Shown here piece by piece: positions 9,299-17,479 of a stretch of 32,000 nt of DNA. The position numbers and the translations under genes were made by a program. The notes below the pieces were generated by a model. It ran no database searches and was not told the DNA's origin. It saw only the letters and a list, made by a program, of their open reading frames with translations. How positions within the stretch are numbered: position 1 is the stretch's first letter; every line of letters begins with the position of its first letter. Origin of the DNA: Chlamydiota bacterium (lineage in GTDB: Bacteria > Auribacterota > JACPWU01); NCBI GenBank assembly GCA_016196885.1, contig JACPWU010000020.1, positions 64,650-96,649 of the forward strand, given 5' to 3'.

Positions 9299-9412
9299 TG
9301 TCATCCCCGAGTGCTTTTGTCGGGGATCCAAGTATCCTGTCCAGATATTTCTAAGAAATGGATTCCCGCTTACCCCGCAGGGGCTATTTCGTTGAAACCT
9401 GCGGGAATGACA
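9299..9412. repeat. Double-hairpin palindromic repeat (GTCATCCCCGA... / ATTCCCGC... family), copy 1
   Basis: Outer TGTCAT/ATGACA. Hairpin 1 is ATCCCCGA (9303-9310) / TCGGGGAT (9320-9327). Hairpin 2 is ATTCCCGC (9362-9369) / GCGGGAAT (9401-9408). The first 30 nt match 31809-31839 at 28 of 30. Confidence 0.75.
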
Positions 9413-9441
9413 TTACTTGTAATCATGTAAATATATTTGTA

Positions 9442-10053
9442 TTAACTTTCTTCCCCATGCAAAATCTTCATCAACTGATTCGCGCTCTCTTCCATATCCA
9501 CCACAAAACCCTCAACCCGTGAAACCAAATAATTGTAGGCCACATAGGCTGGAATCGCGACCACCAAACCGGCCGCCGTCGTGATCAAAGCCTCCCAAAT
9601 CCCTGCTGCCAAATCACCTGGGTTTACAACACCTTGCAATTGCTGAATTTTCATAAAACATTTAATCATTCCTGTCACCGTTCCTAAAAGCCCCAGCAAA
9701 GGCTCCACATGGGCAATCGTCGCTAAGACATTCAAATTCCTTTCAAGCCTAGGGATTTCATGACGCCCAGCCTCCTCTAACACACCTTTGACTTCAACTT
9801 TCCCCTGGTCGTGCTTAGAAATTCCCTCCTTTAAAATATGCGCAATGGGTCCCGGTGTATGATCACAAATGGAAATCGCCTCGACAATATTTCCCTTTTT
9901 AAGAATATTTTTGATCCCAGACATAAATTTTTCCGCATCAATCTGAGCACGGTGAAAATGAATCAGCCTCTCGATGACAAGGGTTAACGCAAGCACCGAA
10001 CCTAAAATAATGGGAACCATCACAGGCCCCCCTTTTTGAATCATGAAAAACAT
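9442..10053 (-). CDS. exbB: MotA/TolQ/ExbB proton-channel protein
   Basis: 203 aa with three TM segments and a conserved LLGLLGTVTGMI motif. AAGGAG SD. Confidence 0.9.
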   Translation of the reverse strand: MFFMIQKGGPVMVPIILGSVLALTLVIERLIHFHRAQIDAEKFMSGIKNILKKGNIVEAISICDHTPGPIAHILKEGISKHDQGKVEVKGVLEEAGRHEIPRLERNLNVLATIAHVEPLLGLLGTVTGMIKCFMKIQQLQGVVNPGDLAAGIWEALITTAAGLVVAIPAYVAYNYLVSRVEGFVVDMEESANQLMKILHGEES

Positions 10054-10107
10054 TGCGAAATCTCCTTAGAATTCATTGATAAGGATGTATAACCTATAGG
10101 TTATACA

Positions 10108-11643
10108 TCAAAATTCCAATTTCATCCCGGCCTGATACTGCGTATCCGGTCCGGGATACCCTTTGAAAAAATTATACCTCTGATCTAAAATATTTAAAAC
10201 TTTTGCAAAAAGCGTCATGGATTTCCATTGATAGGAGATCACACCATCCCATAAAACATAATCTCCTATTTGCCCCGAACCTTGAACGTCAATCCATTCG
10301 CTCGACACATACGAAATATCTGTTCCCACTCCAAAACCATAAGGGCCCTTCCAATCCAACCCAACATCAAATTTAATCTCTGGCACATAGGGAACCTCGG
10401 GGGTGTCGGAATCTTTCCCATCAACCTCTTGAGCCGTTAAGCGAGAAGTACCCGTTACACCCTCAAAAAACTTCATCTGAAGTTCAAGTCGAATCCCTTG
10501 CAAACGTGCATCCGGATGATTTCCAAAGGTGAAAAGGCCATTCTCATCTAAATCTTGCCAAATCAACAAATCCTTCACTTCTTCTCGAAACAAAGAAAGA
10601 GACCCTTTCAATCTCTCATTAAAAAGGTAAGAACCCATCCAATCCCCTTCCAAAGAACGCTGCGGCCGAATTTCCTCTAAATTGCCCTCTACATCATATT
10701 CTGCAAGATAAGACTCGCTCCAATTCCTCACCAAAAAATCCTTATGAAAGCTCCATATAAATGAAAGGCGATCCGTCGCAACCCATGTTAATGAAATTTT
10801 AGGATCGTAGCGAACCTGCATACCTTCATAATAATCAAGGGCAAGATCGCCTTCCAAGAAGAGATTGTCTCCCAGAGGCCAGTCAGAAAAACCGACTGCT
10901 GCGGACATCTTTTGGTAGGAATAGAAATTTTCAAGACGCTCGGACGACACATCCAAACCTAATTTCAAAAAATGATGCATCAAAGTGAACGACACCCCCA
11001 GCAAAGGATCATCCAGACTTTCCTCCAAGGGATCTTCATCGGTACGGGAGAGTGTTCCATAACCATGAAGAGCTACATTTTCAAATTTTGCTGCATGCCA
11101 TTCAAGACCCGCATCAAAATCAATCACCTGATTTTTCCGTGTTGCCAAGGGAGTCACTTGGAAAATGGGACCTGGCAATTCCATTTTCTTCTGAAAAAAG
11201 CCGAATTCCCCCGTAAAGCGTAAATCATCCTTTAATTGTAAGCCAATTGAACCCGTTGGAGAAATTAAATCTTCACTGGCGTGATTTCGATAACCATCGC
11301 TTCGGGCATATTTAAACTCTGTCAAATAGTCCAAATCCTTTTCGCTCCCGGCCAAATCTATCCTAGAGGTAAAAGTTCCATAACGCCCCCCCGTCAAGGA
11401 AATGCTTTTAAAAGAACGTTTTTTTATTCCGGAAGATTCAAAACGACTTTCATCATAGAGAACTTCACCCTTCTCGCAATTCGAGGTGTGATCCTCAAAA
11501 CTGCCTGTGGATTCAAATTCTGAAACATCCTTTCCTAAAATGGTGATTTCAGGAAGGTCAAAATCCCCTTTTTCGTCGGCACAGGCCGCTCTTAAAAATC
11601 CTATCCCCATGGCACAGCATAAAAATCCCAAGATGGTTTTCAT
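10108..11643 (-). CDS. Outer-membrane beta-barrel protein, TonB-dependent-receptor-like but with no apparent plug domain
   Basis: Signal peptide. An EITILGK segment resembles the start of a receptor plug. Alternating beta-strand pattern. Receptor-type C-terminus NILDQRYNFFKGYPGPDTQYQAGMKLEF with a terminal Phe. Only 511 aa. Confidence 0.7.
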   Translation of the reverse strand: MKTILGFLCCAMGIGFLRAACADEKGDFDLPEITILGKDVSEFESTGSFEDHTSNCEKGEVLYDESRFESSGIKKRSFKSISLTGGRYGTFTSRIDLAGSEKDLDYLTEFKYARSDGYRNHASEDLISPTGSIGLQLKDDLRFTGEFGFFQKKMELPGPIFQVTPLATRKNQVIDFDAGLEWHAAKFENVALHGYGTLSRTDEDPLEESLDDPLLGVSFTLMHHFLKLGLDVSSERLENFYSYQKMSAAVGFSDWPLGDNLFLEGDLALDYYEGMQVRYDPKISLTWVATDRLSFIWSFHKDFLVRNWSESYLAEYDVEGNLEEIRPQRSLEGDWMGSYLFNERLKGSLSLFREEVKDLLIWQDLDENGLFTFGNHPDARLQGIRLELQMKFFEGVTGTSRLTAQEVDGKDSDTPEVPYVPEIKFDVGLDWKGPYGFGVGTDISYVSSEWIDVQGSGQIGDYVLWDGVISYQWKSMTLFAKVLNILDQRYNFFKGYPGPDTQYQAGMKLEF

Positions 11644-11648
11644 GATTT

Positions 11649-14093
11649 CTAAACCGAGTTTTCCTTTAGGCTTAACCTACCGTCAATGCGTTCGATCCGA
11701 CTTCTGGCCTCTTCTTCCCGACCCTTCTCCAACTCGATCACCTTCTGATAGAGAATTTTTGCCTCGGAAAAATGGCTCATGTCTTCCTGACATTCAGCAG
11801 CCTGAAACAGGGCCTTTAGCTTCCAACTCGGATCTAAGGCGTCATCATAAATGATTTTGGTAAAAACATCGCTTGCCTCTTCTATTCGGTCCAGCCTTCT
11901 CAGAGAACACCCGATCTTATAGAGGGGTCCCACATTTTTTTCAATCTTCAAACCCTTTTCATAAATAGGGATGGCCTCTTGATATTTTTCCATGAAAAAG
12001 AGACAGTCCCCCCACCTCTCAAAGGCATCCGAAAGCAAATCCGATTGAGGAAAAGATTCTACAAAGTTCTGAAAACTTTTTAAAGCCTTCGCATAATCCT
12101 TTTTCTCAAAAAGACATTCTCCTTCATAAATCCTCACCCGGGATGTCCACGAACTCTGAGGATACCTTTCCAAAAACTTCTCAAAATATTGGAGTGCGCT
12201 GTCATATTTTCCCTCGTCATAGACACTTCTACCCACAAAGAAAAAGGCATCATCTGCTAAATCCAACGTGGGAAATCTCTCGACAATTTTCAAAAAGAAA
12301 TCTTGCGCCTTTGAAAATTCATTTTCATGAGCATAGATCTCCCCAATGCGAAGGAGGGCATCTTGAGCTAAATCATCCGATGGATATTGTTCAACATAAG
12401 ACTGGAATCTCGTCAGGGCCTCTTTAAAATGCATGAGCCGATAAAGGCACCAAGCGCTTTCATACAGCGCCTTTCGGACATACGAACCTAAAAAATATTT
12501 CTTTCTCAAAAGATCATATTCTCCCAGGGCCTTGTCGAATTCGTTCAAATTAAAATAGCAGTTGCCCATCTTAAAACGGGCTTCCTCCTGGAGAGAACTC
12601 CCAGGGTATTCCTGTAAAAATTTCTCATAGATTTTGATGGACTCCTCGTACTCGCCTTCCCGAAAATAAGCCCACCCCATTTTCATCAAGGCCGATTCCC
12701 TGAGGGAACTCTGAGAATGATTCTCAACCAACAACTCATAAGTCCGTATCGCCTCGTTAAACAACCTTAACTTTAAGTCCGCATTCCCAATCTGGTAAAG
12801 GGCCTCCTCTACCCAATGGCTTTCAGGATATCGCGTGAGGACATTGCGATACCGCCTCATCGCTCGATGATATTTCTTCTGAGAATAAAAAACATCCCCC
12901 TTGCGTTTTTCGCACTCTGCTCTTAAATCTTCCTTGACCGTGATGGACTGACAATCTCTAAAATATTTCAAGGCGCTTTTGTAATCTTTCATCTTAAAAA
13001 AACACCAGGCCATTCCATAAAGGGCTCTATCTTTTTTAGAATCACAGGCATTGAACACCTCCTGAAAAGCGTGCAAGGAAGGTTCGATATGCCCTGCACT
13101 GAGGCGCGTGAAAGCCAACTTCTCCTTGGCCTCACAGATTTCCTCAGGGTCGGTCAAGCGCCTTAGAAACTTTTCCAGATAAAGCTCGGCCTCTTGATAT
13201 CTTTTTAAAAAAAGATCCGCTTCCGCAATTTTGAAAACCACCTCTTTTTGATAAGGATTGTCTATCCAAACCCTTTGCAGTTCCTCAAAAACCTTGATCT
13301 CACTCACATAATCCTTCACACTAAAATAACACCATCCAATGCCGTAAAGGGCATGAGCCACCCACTCCCCCTTTGGAGACAAGGACAAGGCCTTCTGATA
13401 CGCCTTGATGGCCGAAAAATACTCCCCACTCCCATAGCAAGATTCGGCCATCCAAAAATAGGCATCCGCCACACGAATTCCTCTTGGAAACTGTCGAAGA
13501 TAATTTTTGAATTTTTCTTCCGCTTCGAGATTTCGTTTCATCTCTAAAATGCACTTCGCCTCCATAAAGCAGGCCTCTTGATAAATTTCCCCATCTATCT
13601 TCATCCCTTGAAGGTCTCTAAAAAGACTTGCCGACTTCTCAAAATTTTTCAGCCGATAAGAAGACCATGCCCATGTGTTGATCACATGTTCTTTGAGAGG
13701 AGAAGAGATATTTTTAAGATTGAAATCCTCTAGGGTATGGAAGGACTTTTCAAACTCACCTTTTTTAAAAAAACTTTCCCCCAACCAATAGAGCGTCTCT
13801 TCTCTCAATAAACTCCTGGGATATTTTTTAAGCAGTTGATCAAAATCATTGATTGCCTGATCAAAATGTCCTTCGAAATAAAAAACTTTTCCCAGAAGCA
13901 TTAGCCCTTCGTCCACCTTCTGGGACGAGGGATATTGACGTAAAAATTTCGAGAGCTGACGCTCGGCCACATAATAAAGCCGGTCGTCAAAGGCCCGTCT
14001 GGCTAAATAAAGCAAGTTATCTTCATCATCTTGAAAGGCCCACGAAAAAGGGCTGAAAAACAAAAAAACAAGGCAAGCAAGCATTTTTGACAT
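11649..14093 (-). CDS. Large secreted TPR-repeat protein with YbgF/BamD-like repeats
   Basis: About 815 aa of repeated A..Y..G.CYF / YP.S motifs. I place the start at the ATG at 14093 (MSKMLACLVFLFFSPFSWAF signal peptide) rather than the track start at 14231. Confidence 0.8.
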   Translation of the reverse strand: MSKMLACLVFLFFSPFSWAFQDDEDNLLYLARRAFDDRLYYVAERQLSKFLRQYPSSQKVDEGLMLLGKVFYFEGHFDQAINDFDQLLKKYPRSLLREETLYWLGESFFKKGEFEKSFHTLEDFNLKNISSPLKEHVINTWAWSSYRLKNFEKSASLFRDLQGMKIDGEIYQEACFMEAKCILEMKRNLEAEEKFKNYLRQFPRGIRVADAYFWMAESCYGSGEYFSAIKAYQKALSLSPKGEWVAHALYGIGWCYFSVKDYVSEIKVFEELQRVWIDNPYQKEVVFKIAEADLFLKRYQEAELYLEKFLRRLTDPEEICEAKEKLAFTRLSAGHIEPSLHAFQEVFNACDSKKDRALYGMAWCFFKMKDYKSALKYFRDCQSITVKEDLRAECEKRKGDVFYSQKKYHRAMRRYRNVLTRYPESHWVEEALYQIGNADLKLRLFNEAIRTYELLVENHSQSSLRESALMKMGWAYFREGEYEESIKIYEKFLQEYPGSSLQEEARFKMGNCYFNLNEFDKALGEYDLLRKKYFLGSYVRKALYESAWCLYRLMHFKEALTRFQSYVEQYPSDDLAQDALLRIGEIYAHENEFSKAQDFFLKIVERFPTLDLADDAFFFVGRSVYDEGKYDSALQYFEKFLERYPQSSWTSRVRIYEGECLFEKKDYAKALKSFQNFVESFPQSDLLSDAFERWGDCLFFMEKYQEAIPIYEKGLKIEKNVGPLYKIGCSLRRLDRIEEASDVFTKIIYDDALDPSWKLKALFQAAECQEDMSHFSEAKILYQKVIELEKGREEEARSRIERIDGRLSLKENSV

Positions 14094-14202
14094 ATTTGAA
14101 ATTCCTGATGAGAGAAGGAAATCAATATACTCCCAGAAAAGCTTGAAATCCAGGATTTTGGTTGATTTCTTACTCCCTTTTTTGATAGTAAAGAGACCTC
14201 TC

Positions 14203-14838
14203 ATGAAACCGGGATCTCTCATTTTTAACATTATCTTTTATTTATTTCTTCTTCTACTTCTACAAGATCCCATCTATGCTGAAGACCTTTCTTTTCTAGG
14301 ACACGCCTTTATCGAATACAAACTGACGGGTAAAAATGAGGGGAGTGAAGAACTCTACATCAAGAATAATAAGATTCGCTCGATCACACGACTGAACACC
14401 TCTGTCCATACTTCTACCATTGTCATTGACCTCTTGTACATGATCGAGGGTTCCGACATCATCCTTGTCGATTTCAACCAACGAGAAGGGAGTAGAATCA
14501 AAAACAGCTTCGACAAATCCGTGAGTGAAATGACCGATGAAGAAAAGAGGATATTTAAAAGAGAAATTCTTACCGGACTTCCCAGGCAAAGTGAATTTGA
14601 AGACCTTGGACGTGAAACCATCCTGGGAAAGGACTGCCTCATCCTAAAGGCTCAGCTTAAAGAAATAACCATGAAAATATGGATTTGGAACGACCTCGTT
14701 CTAAAAAGCGAAATGACAGGCTCCATCACATTCAGCAAAGTGGCCACTCAGATAGACACCTCATCGCCCATTTCAAAAGATTTGTTTCAAGTTCCATTGG
14801 ATATTAAAATAAAAGAAAAAATGACAAATAACCCATAA
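14203..14838 (+). CDS. Hypothetical secreted protein
   Basis: MKPGSLIFNIIFYLFLLLLLQDPIYA signal peptide beginning at the ATG at 14203, which is internal to track ORF 14143. No family recognised. Divergent from the TPR gene. Confidence 0.55.
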   Translation: MKPGSLIFNIIFYLFLLLLLQDPIYAEDLSFLGHAFIEYKLTGKNEGSEELYIKNNKIRSITRLNTSVHTSTIVIDLLYMIEGSDIILVDFNQREGSRIKNSFDKSVSEMTDEEKRIFKREILTGLPRQSEFEDLGRETILGKDCLILKAQLKEITMKIWIWNDLVLKSEMTGSITFSKVATQIDTSSPISKDLFQVPLDIKIKEKMTNNP

Positions 14839-14940
14839 CAAATGTCAAATGAACGACCCATGACTCAATGTCCAATAGGTGATTGGGAAATGGGTGAATT
14901 GGGAATTAATTTGTCATTTGTTATGGGTCATTGGACATTG
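14831..14940. terminator. Interleaved inverted repeats at a convergent gene junction, possibly a bidirectional terminator
   Basis: ACCCATAACAAATGTCAA (14831-14848) versus TTGTCATTTGTTATGGGT (14911-14928), with one mismatch. CAATGTCCAAT (14866-14876) versus ATTGGACATTG (14930-14940), perfect. The arms overlap the last codons of both convergent genes. Confidence 0.45.
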
Positions 14941-17385
14941 TTTTAAACATCTTCCTGTCACAGACTCCCTCACCTTCTCTATCTCTTCTAGTGTCCCCTG
15001 AGCTACAATTTCTCCGCCCCGCTCACCTCCTCCTGGACCCATATCTATTATATAATCCGCACATCGAATCACCTCCAAATGATGTTCAATCACCAAAACG
15101 CTATTTCCTTCATCTCTCAATCGAAAGAAGATTTTAAGCAGCCGTTCAACATCCACAAGATGGAGCCCCTGGGTCGGCTCGTCAAAAACGTAAAGGGTTC
15201 CTTGCAAATGGCGCCGGGCAAGGTCCATCGCCAATTTCATTCGTTGAACTTCTCCGGAAGAAAGAGTCCTCGAACGCTGTCCCAACTGAAGATAACCCAC
15301 GCCTACCTCTTTCAAGGATTTAAGAGACAAGAGAATGGAAGGAATGTTTTCAAAAAAGTGAAGGGCCTCCTCCACCGTCATTCCTAAAACTTCATGGATG
15401 TTTCGACCCTTGTATTTAATTTCAAGGGTCTCGCGATTGTAACAGCTCCCCCGACAGGCCTCGCAAGAAATCTCGAGATCCGCCATCCACATCATCTCCA
15501 CTTTCTCAAGACCCTCTCCCCGACAAGACTCACACCTTCCACCTTTCACGTTAAAGCTGAAGCGATTCTCACTGTATCCCCTCAAGCGGCTCTCAGGAAC
15601 ACGAGCAAAGAGTTCGCGAATCTGATCAAAGATCCCTACATAGGTTGACACATTCGAACGAGAATTTTTCCCCATGCCCTGATCATCCACAACCACCAAC
15701 CTCTTTACCTTGCCCATCCCTTCAAGCTCATCCCAACTTGGATTCAAAATTTTTTCCTTAGACAAATGCGACTTCAGGGCTCGGCACAAAACATCATTCA
15801 CAAGAGAAGTTTTTCCAGAACCTGAAACACCCGTCACACAGCAAAAAACCTCCAATGGAATTTTTACATCTATCTTTTTCAAATTATTTGCCCTGGCCCC
15901 TCGTATTTCAAGACAGAAAGGTGACGCCAGACGAGTCGCCTTCCCCAAGGAAATTCGAAGCTCTCCCCTCAACAATCGTCCGGTCAAAGAAGAGGACTTC
16001 TGTAACTGTGCCTTCTTACCAAAGGCGGTCAGCTCGCCGCCTCCAGAGCCCGCTCTAGGTCCCATCTCCACAATCACATCTGCCGCCTGAATCACCGCTC
16101 CATCATGCTCAATCACCAAGACCGTATTGCCCTCGTCCCTCATCTGGTATAACAACTTCACAAGACGAGGAACCTCACTGGAGTGAAGCCCTAAGGTAGG
16201 TTCATCCAAAATATACAAAACGCCCACCAGGCCCGACGCAATTTGACTTGCGATCCTCAAACGCTGCAACTCTCCTCGAGAAAGAGAAGACAAACTTCGA
16301 TTCAAAGAGAGCTCTCCCAATCCTGTGTTCATTAAAAGCTTTAGCTTCGGGAGGATTTTGGATGAAACCTCCTTTTGAACCTCCTCCCTTTTACGATCGC
16401 CAAATTTTAATCGTTCCAAGAAAAGGGATATCTTGGAAAGACGAAGTGAACACAATTCAAAAATAGAATAAGGCCCTACTTTGACACTCAAAGATTCTTT
16501 TCTCAGTCGGGCCCCTTGACAAGCCGTGCAAACATTCGAGGTATCTTTTAGAAACCCCCTCCCGTGGCAATGAGGACAGGCCCCTTGAGGACTGTTGAAT
16601 GAAAAAAAAGCGGGCGATAATTCTCCATAATGTAAACCACAGGCCAAACACCGATACTCCGTACAATAAGTACCATCGAGCCCTGGCTTTTCATCCGAAA
16701 AAATCTGAACAACCCCCTCCCCATATCGCAATGCCAATTCGATAGAATCTGCAATTCTGGTTCTCGCCTCCTCCTTCACCACCAGACGATCCACGACAAT
16801 CTGAACTTCTCTTGCCTCAAACAAAGACAAACCCTCAAGCTCCGTCAGCTTGCCATCGATGCGAACCCGGACAAAACCCTCTTTTTGTAAAGTTTCCAAA
16901 GACATCTCTTCTGGCTTTGGAGCCAGAATCATGAGAGAGGTTTGTGGCGGTAGCTCCATCACCTTTGCAATGATTTGCTGGGGGGTAAAACGTTCCAGTC
17001 GTTCACCACATTGATAACAAAAAAGATCTCCCGCCTTTGAAAAGAGAAGTCTTAAAAAATCTGCTATTTCTGTTAAAGTTCCAACTGTGGATCTCAAAGA
17101 AACGGAGGTTTGATGAGATGTCAAAAGAAAGGCGGGTGGCAATCCTTCAATAAAATCTAGACCAGATCGCGGTAAATCCAAGAAACGAAAGCCAAATTCA
17201 CTTCCCAAAAATTCTACATATCTTCGCTTGGCCTCTCGATAGATGGTATCTATCACCAAGGAGGACTTCCCAGAACCACTCAAACCTGTGACCACAATCA
17301 ACTGATGATGAGGCAAATCAAGGGTCACATTTTTAAGATAATGTTCCCTGGCTCCTCGAATGGAAATCTTAGGTTGGATCATCAT
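14914..17385 (-). CDS. UvrA-like ABC ATPase (excinuclease subunit A paralogue or variant), 823 aa
   Basis: Two ABC modules: GLSGSGKSS and GVSGSGKTS Walker A, ILDEPT and VFDEPT Walker B. Zinc modules: CYQCG, CLACG...CPHCHGRG, CESCRGEG...CEACRG. Signature motifs read LSRGE and LSSGE. About 115 aa shorter than the canonical enzyme. Confidence 0.88.
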   Translation of the reverse strand: MMIQPKISIRGAREHYLKNVTLDLPHHQLIVVTGLSGSGKSSLVIDTIYREAKRRYVEFLGSEFGFRFLDLPRSGLDFIEGLPPAFLLTSHQTSVSLRSTVGTLTEIADFLRLLFSKAGDLFCYQCGERLERFTPQQIIAKVMELPPQTSLMILAPKPEEMSLETLQKEGFVRVRIDGKLTELEGLSLFEAREVQIVVDRLVVKEEARTRIADSIELALRYGEGVVQIFSDEKPGLDGTYCTEYRCLACGLHYGELSPAFFSFNSPQGACPHCHGRGFLKDTSNVCTACQGARLRKESLSVKVGPYSIFELCSLRLSKISLFLERLKFGDRKREEVQKEVSSKILPKLKLLMNTGLGELSLNRSLSSLSRGELQRLRIASQIASGLVGVLYILDEPTLGLHSSEVPRLVKLLYQMRDEGNTVLVIEHDGAVIQAADVIVEMGPRAGSGGGELTAFGKKAQLQKSSSLTGRLLRGELRISLGKATRLASPFCLEIRGARANNLKKIDVKIPLEVFCCVTGVSGSGKTSLVNDVLCRALKSHLSKEKILNPSWDELEGMGKVKRLVVVDDQGMGKNSRSNVSTYVGIFDQIRELFARVPESRLRGYSENRFSFNVKGGRCESCRGEGLEKVEMMWMADLEISCEACRGSCYNRETLEIKYKGRNIHEVLGMTVEEALHFFENIPSILLSLKSLKEVGVGYLQLGQRSRTLSSGEVQRMKLAMDLARRHLQGTLYVFDEPTQGLHLVDVERLLKIFFRLRDEGNSVLVIEHHLEVIRCADYIIDMGPGGGERGGEIVAQGTLEEIEKVRESVTGRCLKQCPMTHNK

Positions 17386-17391
17386 TTAAAG

Positions 17392-17472
17392 GTCGCTCGT
17401 CGTCCGTATTTCGTCATCCGTTTATAAAAAACCCTCACTTTTACGAAACACGAACAACGGACGACGAACGAC
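17392..17472 (-). repeat. Long imperfect hairpin with CGT/ACG-rich arms (family member 3), between smc stop and the uvrA-like start
   Basis: Arm 17392-17421 (gtcgctcgtcgtccgtatttcgtcatccgt) pairs with arm 17443-17472 (acgaaacacgaacaacggacgacgaacgac). The outer 17 bp match at 16 of 17. The loop is an A/T-rich 21 nt. Confidence 0.65.
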
Positions 17473-17479
17473 AGTATTT

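Noticed and set aside
14094-14231. 5' extensions of the TPR ORF (to 14231) and of the plus-strand ORF (from 14143) that would make the two divergent genes overlap
   Set aside because: Both proteins have clear signal peptides starting at the internal ATGs at 14093 and 14203. The extensions are hydrophilic or atypical and would leave no room for divergent promoters.
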